Source of the DNA: Folioceros fuciformis
Taxonomy: Eukaryota
Assembly (NCBI GenBank): GCA_049999805.1
Contig: JBNGIO010006304.1
Span: 223,041 to 270,694, forward strand
Direction: 5' to 3'
DNA: 47,654 nt
Shown here: piece after piece, positions 11,701-23,831 of the stretch
Layout of the letters: every line of letters begins with the position of its first letter
How positions within the stretch are numbered: position 1 is the stretch's first letter
Notes under the pieces: generated by a model
Told to the model about the DNA's origin: nothing
The model's input: the letters and a program-made list of their open reading frames with translations, nothing else
The model's database searches: none
Program-made: the position numbers and the translations under genes

Positions 11701-13462
11701 GCGGCATCTTCATGAGAATTTGCAAATCAAATCCGGAGGAATCAAATCTTCATTACAAGGTTTGCCGTCTCCCTCACAAATCTGGCTTCCTCATTAGGAT
11801 CCCAGTTTTCATCTCAACGTCTCTGGCTGTGCCTGTCCCGTTCCCGCTGGCGCTGCCACACTACGCCTGCCTCTGCTTCTGCCGGTGGCGGTGGCTGTGC
11901 CATTGCCACTGCGTCTGCCGCTGCCCCGCGCCTGCGCCTGCGCCTGCTCCTTGTCTGCTCCCATGACGGCAGAGCGCAAGCCTGCCCAGAATAGCAACAC
12001 ATACACGTGTGGAACCCTGGCAAAGGATTCGCGCCGTCTCCCGCAACGTCTCGCAACGCGTCTCATCCACACTGTACTGCAAATCGTGACGCATCGGGTG
12101 AACAGAAAACAAAGTTTCCAATAATTCCAGTAATCAGGCCACCCGGTAACTTGTAATCCAGATTCCGGATTTGCACCACTGTGTGAAACAGTGGGCGCTG
12201 TGAAACAGCCTGTGCCGCGACTGCAACGGAACGGGCCGTGGTTCACGGCACGTGGGAGAGCGCGCGTGCCTCATGTGACTGGCCCATCGCCATCAAAGGC
12301 GGACCCACCGTTCCGTTCAGTCTTGCACGGACACTGGGAACGGACCCCGTTACAGAAATATTCGCACGGGGCCTTTTTAATAAAAAAAAAGACGGGCCCA
12401 CGTCAGCACGCGGCCTCTCTCGCTCCTGCAGGGCGTCGGAATTGTGCCATGTCGATGTCGATGGCCATGTCCATGTCCATGCCCATGGCAGGTGAGAGGA
12501 GCCGTCTGCGCGCGCGACTGCAGAGTCAACATTGGCCGCTCGCGGTATAAGACCGGCGCGCTCTCGGAGGCGAGAAGGGAGCAAGCGGGCTGCGAGGCTG
12601 TTCGGGCGAGCAACGACGAGGGCCGGCGACCGAGAGGATTTCTCCCACTCTTCTCTCGGCTCAAGGGCTAGACGTCGAGGAGAGGCCAGGCGGTGGCAAT
12701 TCTTCCTCTCCCTTCCCGCTCTCGCCGCTCCCTCTTTCTGTCGGCTGGAATTTGGAGGCAGGGCGGGAGCTGTGAAGCGGAATCCTGTCTGCTCCCACCG
12801 CGGGGGTCTGCTGTGCACCTCAGCCTCCGCATTGAGATCTCTCGTCTGAGATGCGGCACGGCGTGAGCGCTCTTGTTCTGGCAGCCAGGGTTGGCTGGAA
12901 GTGCCGTCATCTTAAGGTGGCGTGGCTCTAACGACCTGTGGCGCATGGATTTGGCGGATCATGCCGCCTCGTGCTAGCTTCAGCTCCTGGGAGACCGCGG
13001 GGTTCAAGCTCTGTTGCCGTTGTCTCCTTGGTGCTACTCTTGGAGTGTTGTGAGGAGGAATCGCGTTGCGGCAGGTTTGTGAACTGCTCGCTTTGTGTTG
13101 GGCCTTTCCGTGACCGGATCTAGTGTCGGGAGTGGAGACCGTACGCTAGGGTTCTTCTTTTCCCAATCGGGCGCGCTTTGTTGTAGGATTAGATTGTCGT
13201 GTCATCAATGTAAGTTGTAACATGGGGAGTTAGTTTTTTCGTTGATACGTCCGAACCTGAATGTGATCTATCCTCGTGCAGCCAGGGTTTCCCGGATCGG
13301 TGACGGGTTTCTGTGCTGGTTGCCGAGAGAGAAAGGGTGGGGAGCGCGGGTCCGGGTCTACTCTGTTTGCTCTTGGCTCGATGAGAGTTGAGGACGCCTG
13401 CCGTCAGCGCTAGCCACCTAGCAGCTTCCGGCCCCCCCTCCTGAGCGAGGTCGCTTTGAAAC

Positions 13463-14946
13463 ATGGTCTACTACTTCAAAGCCCGGCCGGAGGCTGGGGA
13501 CTACACCATCTACATGGGACTTGATAAGCACGAGAACGAAGACCTCATCAAGTATGGCATCCCGGAGGATATCTGGTTGGTACCCTTCTTTCTATGATCG
13601 ATTTGATATATCCTTTGCTTGTGTCAGGTGCGTTGGCTTCGTGCTCATTTGCCAACTCACCTGAAGCGGTAACGAAGCTGGCGTGTCTGCTTACGACTCA
13701 GGGTCCATGAAACTCGAGCTGACAAACCTTGTTTTCTTTTTGGTAGGTTTCACGTCGACAAGCTTTCGTCCGCCCACGTCTACTTGAGGTTGCACAAGGG
13801 GCAGACGATGGACAGTATTCCTCCAGAGCTCTTGGAGGACTGTGCTCAGCTTGTTAAAGCCAATTCTATTCAAGGTAAGGGATGTGGCATGCCGCGCTTC
13901 TGTTTATGTCGATTGTATGCATGCAGAGGGTCTCTGGAATGCATGCATCAGGGCTTCTTGACTGTATGTGTGACTTCCATGTTCGTAGTGAATGCATGGC
14001 AGTTTTGTGGTCCCAGACTTGCGTACATGTCTTGCGGGTAATCTCGTGTGGCATACTTTGCATGGTTGAAGCATTCTTTTTGCCCCTTTTTCCAATGGGA
14101 AAGCCTTCACTGCATTACAGGGAACAAACTGAACAATCTGGATGTTGTCTACACTCCTTGGTTTAATCTCAAAAAGACCCCATCTATGGATGTTGGACAA
14201 GTTGGATACCACAACTCTAAGCTTGTAAGTAATTTAGAGTCCATTTCTCTGTCTTGTTCCGGTCCTTGTCACGTCCATCCTAGGAAGCCATCGTTAGAAT
14301 GCCCAAGTGCTGTAGAGAACCATGTGCATTGCAGGACCCAAGTCCTTTGGCAGGGGTTACAGACGGCGCTGAATTGCATTGTGGATGATGCAGGTGAGGA
14401 CACTAAGGATTGAGAAGCGTGTGAATGAGATTGTAAACAGGTTGAACAAGACAAAGGTTGAGAGGACGCCCGATCTGAAAGGTATGTTTGCATGTTCGTC
14501 GGGGCTCTGTGTTGAGTTACACGCGTGCCCAGTTTTAGTTGTTCTGACTTCGGTTTTACAGCCGAGAGGGAGGCATACAACGCAGCTGAAAAAGCAGAAC
14601 GCAAAGCGCAATCCCGTGAAAAGGTGNNNNNNNNNNNNNNNNNNNNNNNNNNNNNNNNNNNNNNNNNNNNNNNNNNNNNNNNNNNNNNNNNNNNNNNNNN
14701 NNNNNNNNNNNNNNNNNNNNNNNNNNTTGCTGTTGTGTTTTTTTTTTTCAAATTTATTCTTACGTGTTTTTTTTATAAACTCTGCTCATAAAGAAACGTC
14801 GCGAGGAGCTTGAGCGTGTGGAGAAGGAAAAGGCAGCGGAAATCAGAAGTTACAAAGCCTTGATGGTCACTGGCAAGATGACCTCCAACAAGGACATAGC
14901 TGCCAAAGGAAAGAGTTTACAAGAGCTGGAAGAGGATTTTATTTGA
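13463..14946 (+). CDS. CCDC25: Coiled-coil domain-containing protein 25 (NFACT-R/DUF814 family)
   Basis: Exons 13463-13575, 13747-13874, 14121-14224, 14394-14481, 14562-14623 and 14794-14946; an N-gap lies in the last intron. Translation: [32 protein letters not shown]...[16 protein letters not shown]...[14 protein letters not shown]...[23 protein letters not shown]...LQELEEDFI*. Confidence 0.93.
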
Positions 14947-16063
14947 ATTCTGGTTCTCATGAACCAAAAAGTTCTATGCACTTCCAGTATCTTATCCGAT
15001 TGGCAAGAAGAGTACCGTGGGTCTTTGCCAGGAAAGCAGGCTTATCTAAAACTTAAGTATTGTGTGTGCATTCTCATGGCCCGGGCCTTGGATCTATGGT
15101 TGCTGGGGAGTATTCACGAGTGCTTTGTGCTAATTGATGAAGGCTTTCTTTCAGACCTACTGGGAAATGCAGCAGAGAAGCCGTCCAATTTTGGTCTCGT
15201 GTCTATCGTGATGTATATCTGCACCGAATGGCTGCAATTATTCAAAAAGCAAATTCAACTCCTTGCGGTGGAAATGGGACTCGACAGCCACAGGGTTCTT
15301 GGCAGTCACGAAGTTTTAGTACTGGGAAGAGATGGTTTTGCTTGTTCCGTCTTCCAAGCTTCTTCCATTGTCTTTCAGGACGTACATCTCCTCTTGGTAG
15401 TCTTGGCGATTTGGCCCCGAGGGCTGGATGTTTAGAATGATAGTGTTGTGCACCAAGTGTCCTCCCAGAAGATTTCATATTAGATTCAACGGTCCGTCAC
15501 CTTGGCATGGTTAACCTCTTATGTGCAAATCTCTCCTCAGAAGGATGACAGGTTTCTTCCTCACTGGATGCTGGGACTGTCTCGTGGCAAAATTATATTG
15601 GACTCTGACGGAATTTCTTGTGTTGCAGGCTAGGGGCGTGCATACGAACATATGACGTATTGATGTACATCAGTTTGCAAACGTAGTGTTAGGAAAGATG
15701 GAGAGCAATTTTGTAGTACAGTTTGTGACGAGTGGTGGATTTTCTATCGTAGTGCTATCTATTGCGGTGGGCTCTAGTTTGTATTAGTCATTTATACGAA
15801 TGTTGCATCAAAAGAGTTATCTCTCTATTAAACTGTATCCGCGAAAAACATAAATACTTCAGCTTTTTGTACAGAAATCTTCGTCCTTTTCTACTTCCAT
15901 CCACAATCTCATTCTCGTGCAATATGCATCAAGAACGCCTCGTGAGAAGATTAGAGCTGCCAACTACATACTCACCATTCCTTGAGCACTTAGGGGCAGT
16001 CCTCCATGATGTTCATCTGTTGAGGGGTCATCTCCTGTGGAATAGGAGGCCCACATGCCGACA

Positions 16064-16193
16064 CTCCTGAGCAGATAACTGCAAGCTCAAACGACCCTTA
16101 TCTCCTGAGCGGATAACTGCAAGCTCAAACGACCCTTATTCTCCTTAGCGGATAACTGCAAGCTCAAACGACCCTTATCTTCTGAGGGGATAA
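16064..16193. repeat. Tandem repeat, ~3.4 copies of a 38-bp unit
   Basis: CTCCTGAGCGGATAACTGCAAGCTCAAACGACCCTTAT starts at 16064, 16102 and 16141, followed by a partial fourth copy. Confidence 0.92.
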
Positions 16194-16534
16194 GAGGTTG
16201 TCTCCGTGACCTCATCTCTTAGGGGCTAACGGTAGGCCCTCGTGCCAATGGTCTCCTAAGCGGCAAACAACAGGCCTCAATGGTAGTTACGTCCTCATCT
16301 GATTTGTCTACAATTAGAAGCCAGGACCATATGACCACCTTTTCTGAACCTGATGCAGCAAGCTTCCATGCATCCCAGTTCTTGAGCTGACAACAGCTCA
16401 CCTCCATGGCTAAAATTTGTGAGCTGTGAATATGGCAGGCGTTCACAGCTGCAATTTCCGCTGTGCTGGAACGGATCGCTCAGCACCTTTGTCGACAAGA
16501 CAAAAACATCGCGTGGGAGATCCGGTCTCACACC

Positions 16535-17323
16535 TTACAGAAACATGCCTGTAAAACACTCATCGTCTTCAATTTTGTTCTCCGCTCCGTCAGAAGACTT
16601 CAAACGTGACCGTCTATCTGCAGAGGGTGTCACGGCTTCGTAGTGGTCTGAGCTGCCGCCAGTGTCCTCTTCAGACCGTTCAGAAGCAGGTTCCACATCT
16701 CTTCCCGAATTAGGGTTTTCTCCATCCCTCTCAGAAAGCTTGCGCTTGAGACCCTTTCGCCTCTTCAGCCGTCTCTTCCGCTCTCTCCCCTTCTTGTAAT
16801 TCAACTTGTAGGCACACCTTGGACAAACCCTGAGCTTAACAAGTGCTTGCTTCTCCTCCCCCGCTTCCTTGTAAACAAAATTCACTTCATAGCTGTGAAG
16901 ATTCTCAGTTTCACCGCACTGCTTGTTGCCACACACAAACTGGCCCTTGCCTGCAACCACCTCTTTCTCTCCGCGCCATCGCATTCCGATTTTGTTCTCT
17001 TTGTATCGGGACATGTCAGCGACGCAGTACTCCCTGAAGAGCTTTTCATAATAGCGTTTGGCCAGCCGCTGTTCCCAATTCTCCTCTGAATCATCCTCTT
17101 CAGTCCGTATGAACCTATAAGTCTCGCGCAGCGTGTCGTGATCCGTCTTGACCGCATCCTTGGGACGATCTTCACCTCTACGCTTTCCGTAGAACTCAGA
17201 ATAATCCCTCATAAACCTCTTGTGCCTCTCATACGCGTTCAAGCCCAAGAGATGAGCAGCGTAGTGCTGCCGCCGCTGCTCGCGATCGAACACCCCCGCC
17301 CGAGCAGAATTGAAGGACGCCAT
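16535..17323 (-). CDS. FRA10AC1: Protein FRA10AC1 homolog (spliceosome-associated), single exon, 262 aa
   Basis: MASFNS...LNAYERHKRFMRDY...KTDHDTLRETYRFIR...WEQRLAKRYYEKLFREYCVADMSRYKENKIGMRWR.EKEVVAGKGQFVCGNKQC...SYEVNFVYKEAGEEKQALVKLRVCPRCAYKLN. The start was taken at the second Met of the 16535-17374 ORF. Confidence 0.92.
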   Translation of the reverse strand: MASFNSARAGVFDREQRRQHYAAHLLGLNAYERHKRFMRDYSEFYGKRRGEDRPKDAVKTDHDTLRETYRFIRTEEDDSEENWEQRLAKRYYEKLFREYCVADMSRYKENKIGMRWRGEKEVVAGKGQFVCGNKQCGETENLHSYEVNFVYKEAGEEKQALVKLRVCPRCAYKLNYKKGRERKRRLKRRKGLKRKLSERDGENPNSGRDVEPASERSEEDTGGSSDHYEAVTPSADRRSRLKSSDGAENKIEDDECFTGMFL

Positions 17324-17663
17324 ACATGACCGATACCCACTTTCGCTTCCGCGCCCTTCTCCCCTCAGGCACATCCTAAATCGCGTCTCCGACAGCCCTT
17401 TCCTCTCCCTGTCCGTAGCGCCATGTCCCCCTCCGACGTATCCTTTCGGGGTCCGAGATGATACAGCCTATGTCGCTGAGCTACAAGGTACCGAGAGTGT
17501 CGATTTCACAACGATAGTACCTTCTAGATACTCCAGGCCCTCTCTCTCCAGTGGCTTCTGTACCAGTTGCGTCCAGAAGTTTCTTTCATTTTATTCGGTG
17601 CGGCAGAACGCCCCAAAACATACATGTTTTGCCCTAGTTTTATCTCGACAAAAATGTTTCCCG

Positions 17664-19503
17664 CTATGAAGAAAAATCTTGTGCAACAGCTTTATACACG
17701 GCAGCGAAATCTTCGTCACCAAGTCCTAAGCTCCTGGCCTTCTTGAAAATCTGCACTCATACAGCGAACTGTTGTCAGCCATTTGAAGAAACACTTGGGG
17801 GGCTTGTCTGAGGACGAAGTGACATACCTCATTAGCTGCAGCAGCTACTGGCATGGGCTGTGATAGTTGGTCACCAAGAGCGAGAGCAAGTCGCATGTCC
17901 TTCTGCTGATGCTTCAAAGGAAATGCTGGAGGAAACTTGCCTTGGACGACGCTAGGCCCCTTCAGCTTGAACAGACCGTTAGACAATACTCCTATGTCCT
18001 GCCAACACCAGCCCACGGCCATGACCTACTGTGACAGGCATCCGCTCTCATGCTTTAAAGCAAACTGCACCAGGTACATCACTTTCATGCAGTAATTGAC
18101 ATGGTAAAGTGTGTGCGCGCACCAGGGCATCGAGAAGGTCTTGCTGCGCAAGTCCAGCTTTCTGGGCAACCGCAAGTCCTTCCGAGAAAGCAGCCATCAT
18201 ACTGCAACACCACGAGAAACACGATTCAATACTCAATGAGGCATCAGTGGCAGTGGGTGAGAGGACAAACGGAACAGATATCAACGTGGAAAGCTCTTGA
18301 ACTCGATAGTCCTGCACCTGCCCATTATCATGTTGATAACCAGCTTCATGTTCGCTCCCATGCCAACCTGTCCGAGGAAGAAAGCTTTCTTGGAAAAAAC
18401 CTTGAATGCCTGTGCCACGTCATCGAACAGAGACTGCGCACACAACACGGCTGTGACTTGAGGTACGGTATGGGGTAAAGCAGGTAGCAGGAGTCATAAT
18501 CGCAATAGCCATGGCACACCTTGTCTCCTGCAGCAAGTATGATAAGAGTGCCATCCTCCGCAGGCTTTTTACTTCCTGAAACAGGAGCTTCAAGAAACCG
18601 TCCACCCTTTTCGATGATGGCCTGGACAGGACAGGAGGCTGGCACCAAGTCAACACACAAGACCGCATTCATTCTGCTGAATATTCCCAGACGAGCACAA
18701 ATGCGAACCTAGTGTGGATGGGAAATGGGTAGAAGCAGAAGGTTCCACAAGTGAAATTCACTGCTTTGAATACTTCCTCTCTTGCAAAGTTCGATCAATC
18801 GGATGGTACAAAGGTTGTCTCATGACGGACTCAATCAACGGGAACCTTCAGACCCTTCATGGCAAATAGCACGAGACTTCCACAGCCCTTCAACACCCAG
18901 ACCCCGGCAACATGGACAAACAGGACTGACCTTGCTGATCTGAGAAGAGGTCGATGCATCGATTGTGGACATATCCACGTACCCTTTTCCTGGTACAATC
19001 GCCTCAACAACCCCACTTGGACCAAGAGCAACCTGTTCCAGCAGAGAGCATGTTGAACAGCTGCAGGTCTTATGCTCCTAGCTGCTTGAATCCTCTTAAC
19101 GAGGACAAGCTCAGAACACCACTGAAGACAAGCTGGCAAGCAGAATGCGTACAGAGAGAGCAGCAGCGGGGTCTGCGAGCATAGCGAAAGTGACAGTGGC
19201 CCTTGTCACAACTTCAGCTGGGCTGGAGGCTACAGACGCGCCTTCGTTCGCAAGCTCCTCACACTGCACGGTAAGTCCAAAGTTGAGCGAGCGACTATGT
19301 AGAAGTAGTGGGAACACTCAAATCGAGCCTGCTCCACCCGAAATTGCTGTAGGTGGAGGCCACACAACCTTTGCGGAGTTTCTGTTCCAAACCACCACGC
19401 TGAGTCCAGCCCTGAGCAAGTTTCGAGCCATGGGGGTGCCCATAATGCCCAGCCCAAGGAAGCCATACTCCGAGGAAGCCAAACCTTCGCCCGCGGGAGC
19501 CAT
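17664..19503 (-). CDS. GLYR1: Glyoxylate/succinic semialdehyde reductase 1 (beta-hydroxyacid dehydrogenase family), ~300 aa, no transit peptide
   Basis: Exons (minus strand) 19503-19369, 19263-19153, 19032-18931, 18621-18520, 18433-18318, 18201-18123, 17998-17828 and 17750-17664. Motifs: [88 protein letters not shown]. Confidence 0.93.
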
Positions 19504-20864
19504 TCTGCAATGAAGCTATCCCCGAAAAGGCAAGAGCACGGAAGTAACAGCGTAATCGGGAAGGCTAGAAATGCGCCAAATGCGCAAAATGCGGTTGTGT
19601 TTCAACTGAAATGCCTCTCAGCTCCTTCAGTCTGCACGAAACGTAAGGCACTATCGTTCGGGCCCGAACCAAAACCCCGAGCTAGGCCTGTTCTTTTTCT
19701 TTGGGGACACGGCAGTCTTGAATGTGTGAGTGCTAATTTCTCCTTCTCGGGTCATTAGTGCAGCTAGAAATATGTGTTTTAGGGGTACATTTCTCTGTTG
19801 AGGTGTTTTTTTGTCTTCCGTGTCTAGGCTCGCCCGCTCGCTCGAGGAGCGTCCGGCAGCAAGCGGGGGAGTCAGGGCAGCTGCGCACCCGGGCGGGCGG
19901 CTACCCTGCCCGTCTCTTTGCTTACTGCAACAGGATTTGATCCACTGGAGGGTGCCTGATGGCACATTCACCACCGCGATTAGCTGCGGATGATGTGGCT
20001 GGCCACAGATGTGCTTGAGTCAAACCTACGTACTCCCAACCGTGTGATCATAGAACTCCTTGCTAGCAACGGCATCCTCCTCAATCAAGCACTTCCAGAG
20101 GACAGGGTTTACGGCAATGCCATGTCTTGCAGGCGGCTATCCCAGTGCACCAGGAGATCCAAGGCTTGCAATGCTAGGCTTCTGATCAATGCCGTCCTTA
20201 TTCGCAGATCCAGAGCATGTCCGCCAGACATACCGTGTGTCCAATCTGTTTCGTGACCGAGTTGACAATTTTTCCCAGATCCTCCTCAACGTCCTGGCCC
20301 GTTAAAAGTTGTGGAGGGACGACTTCAGGTCTGGACCGTAACTAACGATGAAGGACACGCAGCTTGAGACGAGAAAACGTTGCTGTGCATGGTAGCCCCG
20401 ACAGGCTGCGTTGCTCCACCAAGGCCGTGCAGACTGCAGTGACTGGAGGAGCCTGGCTAATCCTGTGCTTAACTTGCTTGCGAATCGACTATCCTTTCCC
20501 AAAGTGAGACAGCGAACAAACAAGCCCTCTGGAACATTCACGACAGAACATGTCTGGTAGGCCGGAATAACCCAAGGTCTTATTCCTTCAACTTCCTGGA
20601 TTCTATCGCTTGGACAGTAGTTTCAACACCTTCACCGTAATCGGTGATAATTTTTACAGTAATAATTTTTAATATACGTATTTAACATAAGTTTTATGAT
20701 GTTGATGATTAGTCGATGATAAAACCTCCAGGGCATTGGGCTTGGTGACCTTGCAAGCTTGTTTTAAGCGGTAGATGTCGTAGGGCACTGAGATGCCAAT
20801 TGTGAAAGGATGATTGGCAAGAAAGTCATGGTCTAAGATGAAGAAAAGCCTATCCAGATAATTA

Positions 20865-21720
20865 GAGTAGATGACACCTTCTCTTAGAGTAAATGATGCC
20901 TTGTTTCTTAGAGGAAATGACGTCTTGTCTTTTAGAGCACATGATGCCTTGTCTCTTAGAGGAAATGATTGTCTCTTAGAGCCCATGACGTCTTGTCTCT
21001 TAGAGCCAATGACATCTTGTCTTTGGAGTAGATGATGACTCCTATACTAATAGTGTCCTGCATTGGCTAATATGACAGCATGCTTTGGAAAGGACATGAC
21101 ACAAGGACAATGAAGACTCACCTAAGGTTGATAACTTTAACAACCTTAGTGGAGTGATAAGCAAATGATGNNNNNNNNNNAAGGTTGATAACTTTAACAA
21201 CCTTAGTGGAGTGATAAGCAAATGATGCCTTGTCTCTTAGACGAAATGACGTCTTGTCTCCTGTACTAATAGTGTTCTGCATTGGCTAATATAAAGCATG
21301 CTTTGGAAAGGACATGACACAAGGACAACGAAGACTCACCCAAGGTTGATAACTTTAACAACCTTAGTGGAGTGATAAGCAAATGATGCCTTGTCTCTTA
21401 GAGGAAATGACAGTCTTGTCTCTTAGAGGAAATGATAGTCTTGTCTCTTAGAGCACATGATGCCTTGTCTCTTAGAGCCCATGACGTCTTGTCTCTTAGA
21501 GCTAATGACATCTTGTCTTTGGAGTAGANNNNNNNNNNTGACGTCTTGTCTCTTAGAGCTAATGACATCTTGTCTTTGGAGTAGATGATGTCTTGTCTCT
21601 TGTACTAGTAGTGTCCTGCATTGGCTAATATGAAAGCATGCTTTGGAAAGGACGGGACACAAGGACAACAAAGACTCACCCAAGGTTGATAACGTTAACA
21701 ACCTCCGTGGAGTGATAAGA
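20865..21720. repeat. Higher-order tandem repeat: runs of ~21-bp units alternating with a ~125-bp unit containing a palindrome
   Basis: About 20 copies of (A/C)ATGA(T/C)G(C/T)CTTGTCTCTTAGAG. The long unit TACTA.TAGTGT.CTGCATTGGCTAATAT...GGAAAGGAC...CACAAGGACAA...ACTCACC.AAGGTTGATAAC.TTAACAACCT..GTGGAGTGATAAG occurs at ~21045, ~21264 and ~21603, with a partial copy at 21181. Two 10-N gaps lie inside. Confidence 0.9.
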
Positions 21721-22559
21721 GAATACATTGGGAATAAACATGATTGCCAATAGATTGGCATTAAATCTGGAGGCTCAAGCAGAGGCCAGCAAAGGGCAGA
21801 AGATGATTGGTAAGCTGTACATGTGAGTTGAACCTTACATAAGCTAGGAATGTGTGTAGGTTTAGGTACATAAAGTATGTGATGCCGTGCCAAAAGGGAA
21901 AAAGACAAAGGGGGGAACAAGGAGACACAAAAGGCGGAGTGGCCCCACGGACTCCGACTCCCTCGACGCGGGACGGGCTGGGTACTGGGCACGGCTCTTT
22001 CCAACGGCTTGTCGTCTCTCTCTTCACGGCCTGCTTCAACTCCGTAAAGCCCGCAGGGTTTATTAGCTGGCCTCTTGCGGAATGCAAAATCACAGACGCG
22101 GGGCCTCGCCACAGGGAACAGCAACAAGATTGCTTTGCGCAATCTGCATTGCATTGCCTTTCGTTGCTGCGGCTCGGAGCTGCGCACCTCCCTCGCCTCG
22201 CGCCACTCTCCGCCAGTGTGTGTGAGGGAATTCGAGGCTTGGACCATGGCAGCGGCGGCGGCGGCGCGAGCTGTGGCCACGCTTACCCCGGTCTCCTGGC
22301 TGTCGTTGAGCGTCAAGAGCAGCCAGGGCCGCGTCTGCGCGCAGGCGCTGGCGGCCCCTGCACCTGCCGCGGCTTCCGGTGCGGTTCTCTGCTGGCAGGC
22401 TAACAGCAGAGTCGGGGCGCCGCCCTGGACCTGCGCGGGGCTGGGAAGCTGCGCCTTNNNNNNNNNNNNNNNNNNNNNNNNNNNNNNNNNNNNNNNNNNN
22501 NNNNNNNNNNNNNNNNNNNNNNNNNNNNNNNNNNNNNNNNNNNNNNNNNNNNNNNNNAC

Positions 22560-23831
22560 ATGGCTTCAAGTTGTCCGATGGAGGAAGCAGTGGCTCAAGG
22601 TGTGGCCAAGTGCCCTTTCTTGAGGAACATTGAGAAGCCTACGAGCTTCGTGTTTTCGCCAATCCAATTTCCCCGTTTCCCCTGCCCCCAGGTAGGCTCC
22701 TTGCACTGGTGTAGTGCTCTGCCCAGTGATTTGTTCAAGACCAGCTGAGATCGGTATGTCACCGAACTCACAGCTGGAACTTGCTCCATAAATGCAGTTG
22801 AAAGGCACCCGAGGTCCAATATTTGAGGACGGGCCCTCTTTCGAGAGCGCGTTCAAGCTCTTCCACGGTCAAGAGGGAGTCCTACCGTTGCCTGAACGCG
22901 CCCAAGCAAGAATGGATTCCGGCGGGCCAGAAGCTGCAACTAACAAGATGCACCCTTCGGTGGCGAAAGCCGCATCCATCAGTCTCTCTGCCTTCGGGCC
23001 TTCGGGTCCATTTGGCTTTGACGGTTTTTTTGGGAAGAAGATGCACAAGAAGGAGACAAGTTCTGAAAGGGATGATGACGTTGACAGCGGTTCCAAAGTG
23101 AGAACACTGGAGTCATCACTTGTTGTGGTGCATGGGATGGCATTGCTACGGGGACTCGTCCCACTCTTGCTGAATTCTGGAGCTGACATGCTTGCGATGC
23201 GATGTTGCAGATTTGGAATCACGAAGCTCTGGGCAACGAATGGCTAGCCACAGGAAACTGCCCCATAGCAAGATCATATCGTGCCGCCACGGGTTTGCTA
23301 CCTCTAGTTGCAAAGGTGCTTCGACCACCCAAAAGAATGAAGTATCGATGTCCGCCGGCTATAGTGGCTGCTCGTGCTGCATTGGCGAGGACGCGGCCTG
23401 TGAAATCTCTAAGGCCGCAGGCTTTGCCGGCCAAGGTATTGGCTGTGGGTGCTCTGGGTATAGCGTTGAATATCCCTTTAGGCGTGTGGCGAGAGCACAC
23501 GGACAAGTTTTCTCCCAGCTGGTTTGTGGCGGTGCATGCATCTGTTCCTTTTATCGCCATGCTCAGAAAGGCGGTAATCATGCCGAAGTATGCCATGGCC
23601 TTCACCATTGGTGCATCCATCTTGGGCCAGGTTCTAGGTTCAAGAGCGGAGAGACTCCGTTTGAGACACGAACAGGAAGCCAGATTAAGGACTGCTACAT
23701 CTGCTGTGCAACTTCAAGGAAGCTTGTCAACTGTGGAAGAACGTATGTTCATGCAGAGCCCGAGATGTAATCAGCATCACGCCAGAGTCCCAAATTTGGC
23801 TATTCGTGTACCTGCGGCGAAGGCTTCCTGA
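22560..23831 (+). CDS. Plant-specific protein of the At4g25030/At5g45410 (NHR2-like) family; the true start may be upstream across the N-gap (ATG 22246)
   Basis: Exons 22560-22691, 22798-23097 and 23211-23831. Motifs: CPFLRNI, GPIFEDGPSFESAFKLFHG, AKAASISLS, HEALGNEWLATGNCPIARSYRA, CPPAIVAARAAL, NIPLGVWREHTDKFSPSWFVAVHASVPFIAMLRK, GQVLGSRAER. The family was recognised from memory. Confidence 0.82.

Noticed and set aside
9241-12900. Numerous 80-260 aa ORFs on both strands
   Set aside because: Arg/Pro/Ala/Gly-rich frames expected by chance in GC-rich DNA; no consistent exon chain or family motif was found.
12985-13015. GGTTCAAG resembling a tRNA T-loop
   Set aside because: No cloverleaf stems or A-box could be built around it.
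16064-16193. 38-bp repeats as a CRISPR array
   Set aside because: The units are head-to-tail with no unique spacers, there are no cas genes, and the context is eukaryotic.
20865-21720. Palindromic repeats plus intervening sequence as a CRISPR-like array
   Set aside because: The intervening sequences are themselves repeats, not unique spacers. The ORFs across it (20669-20986, 21423-22316) are just translated repeat.
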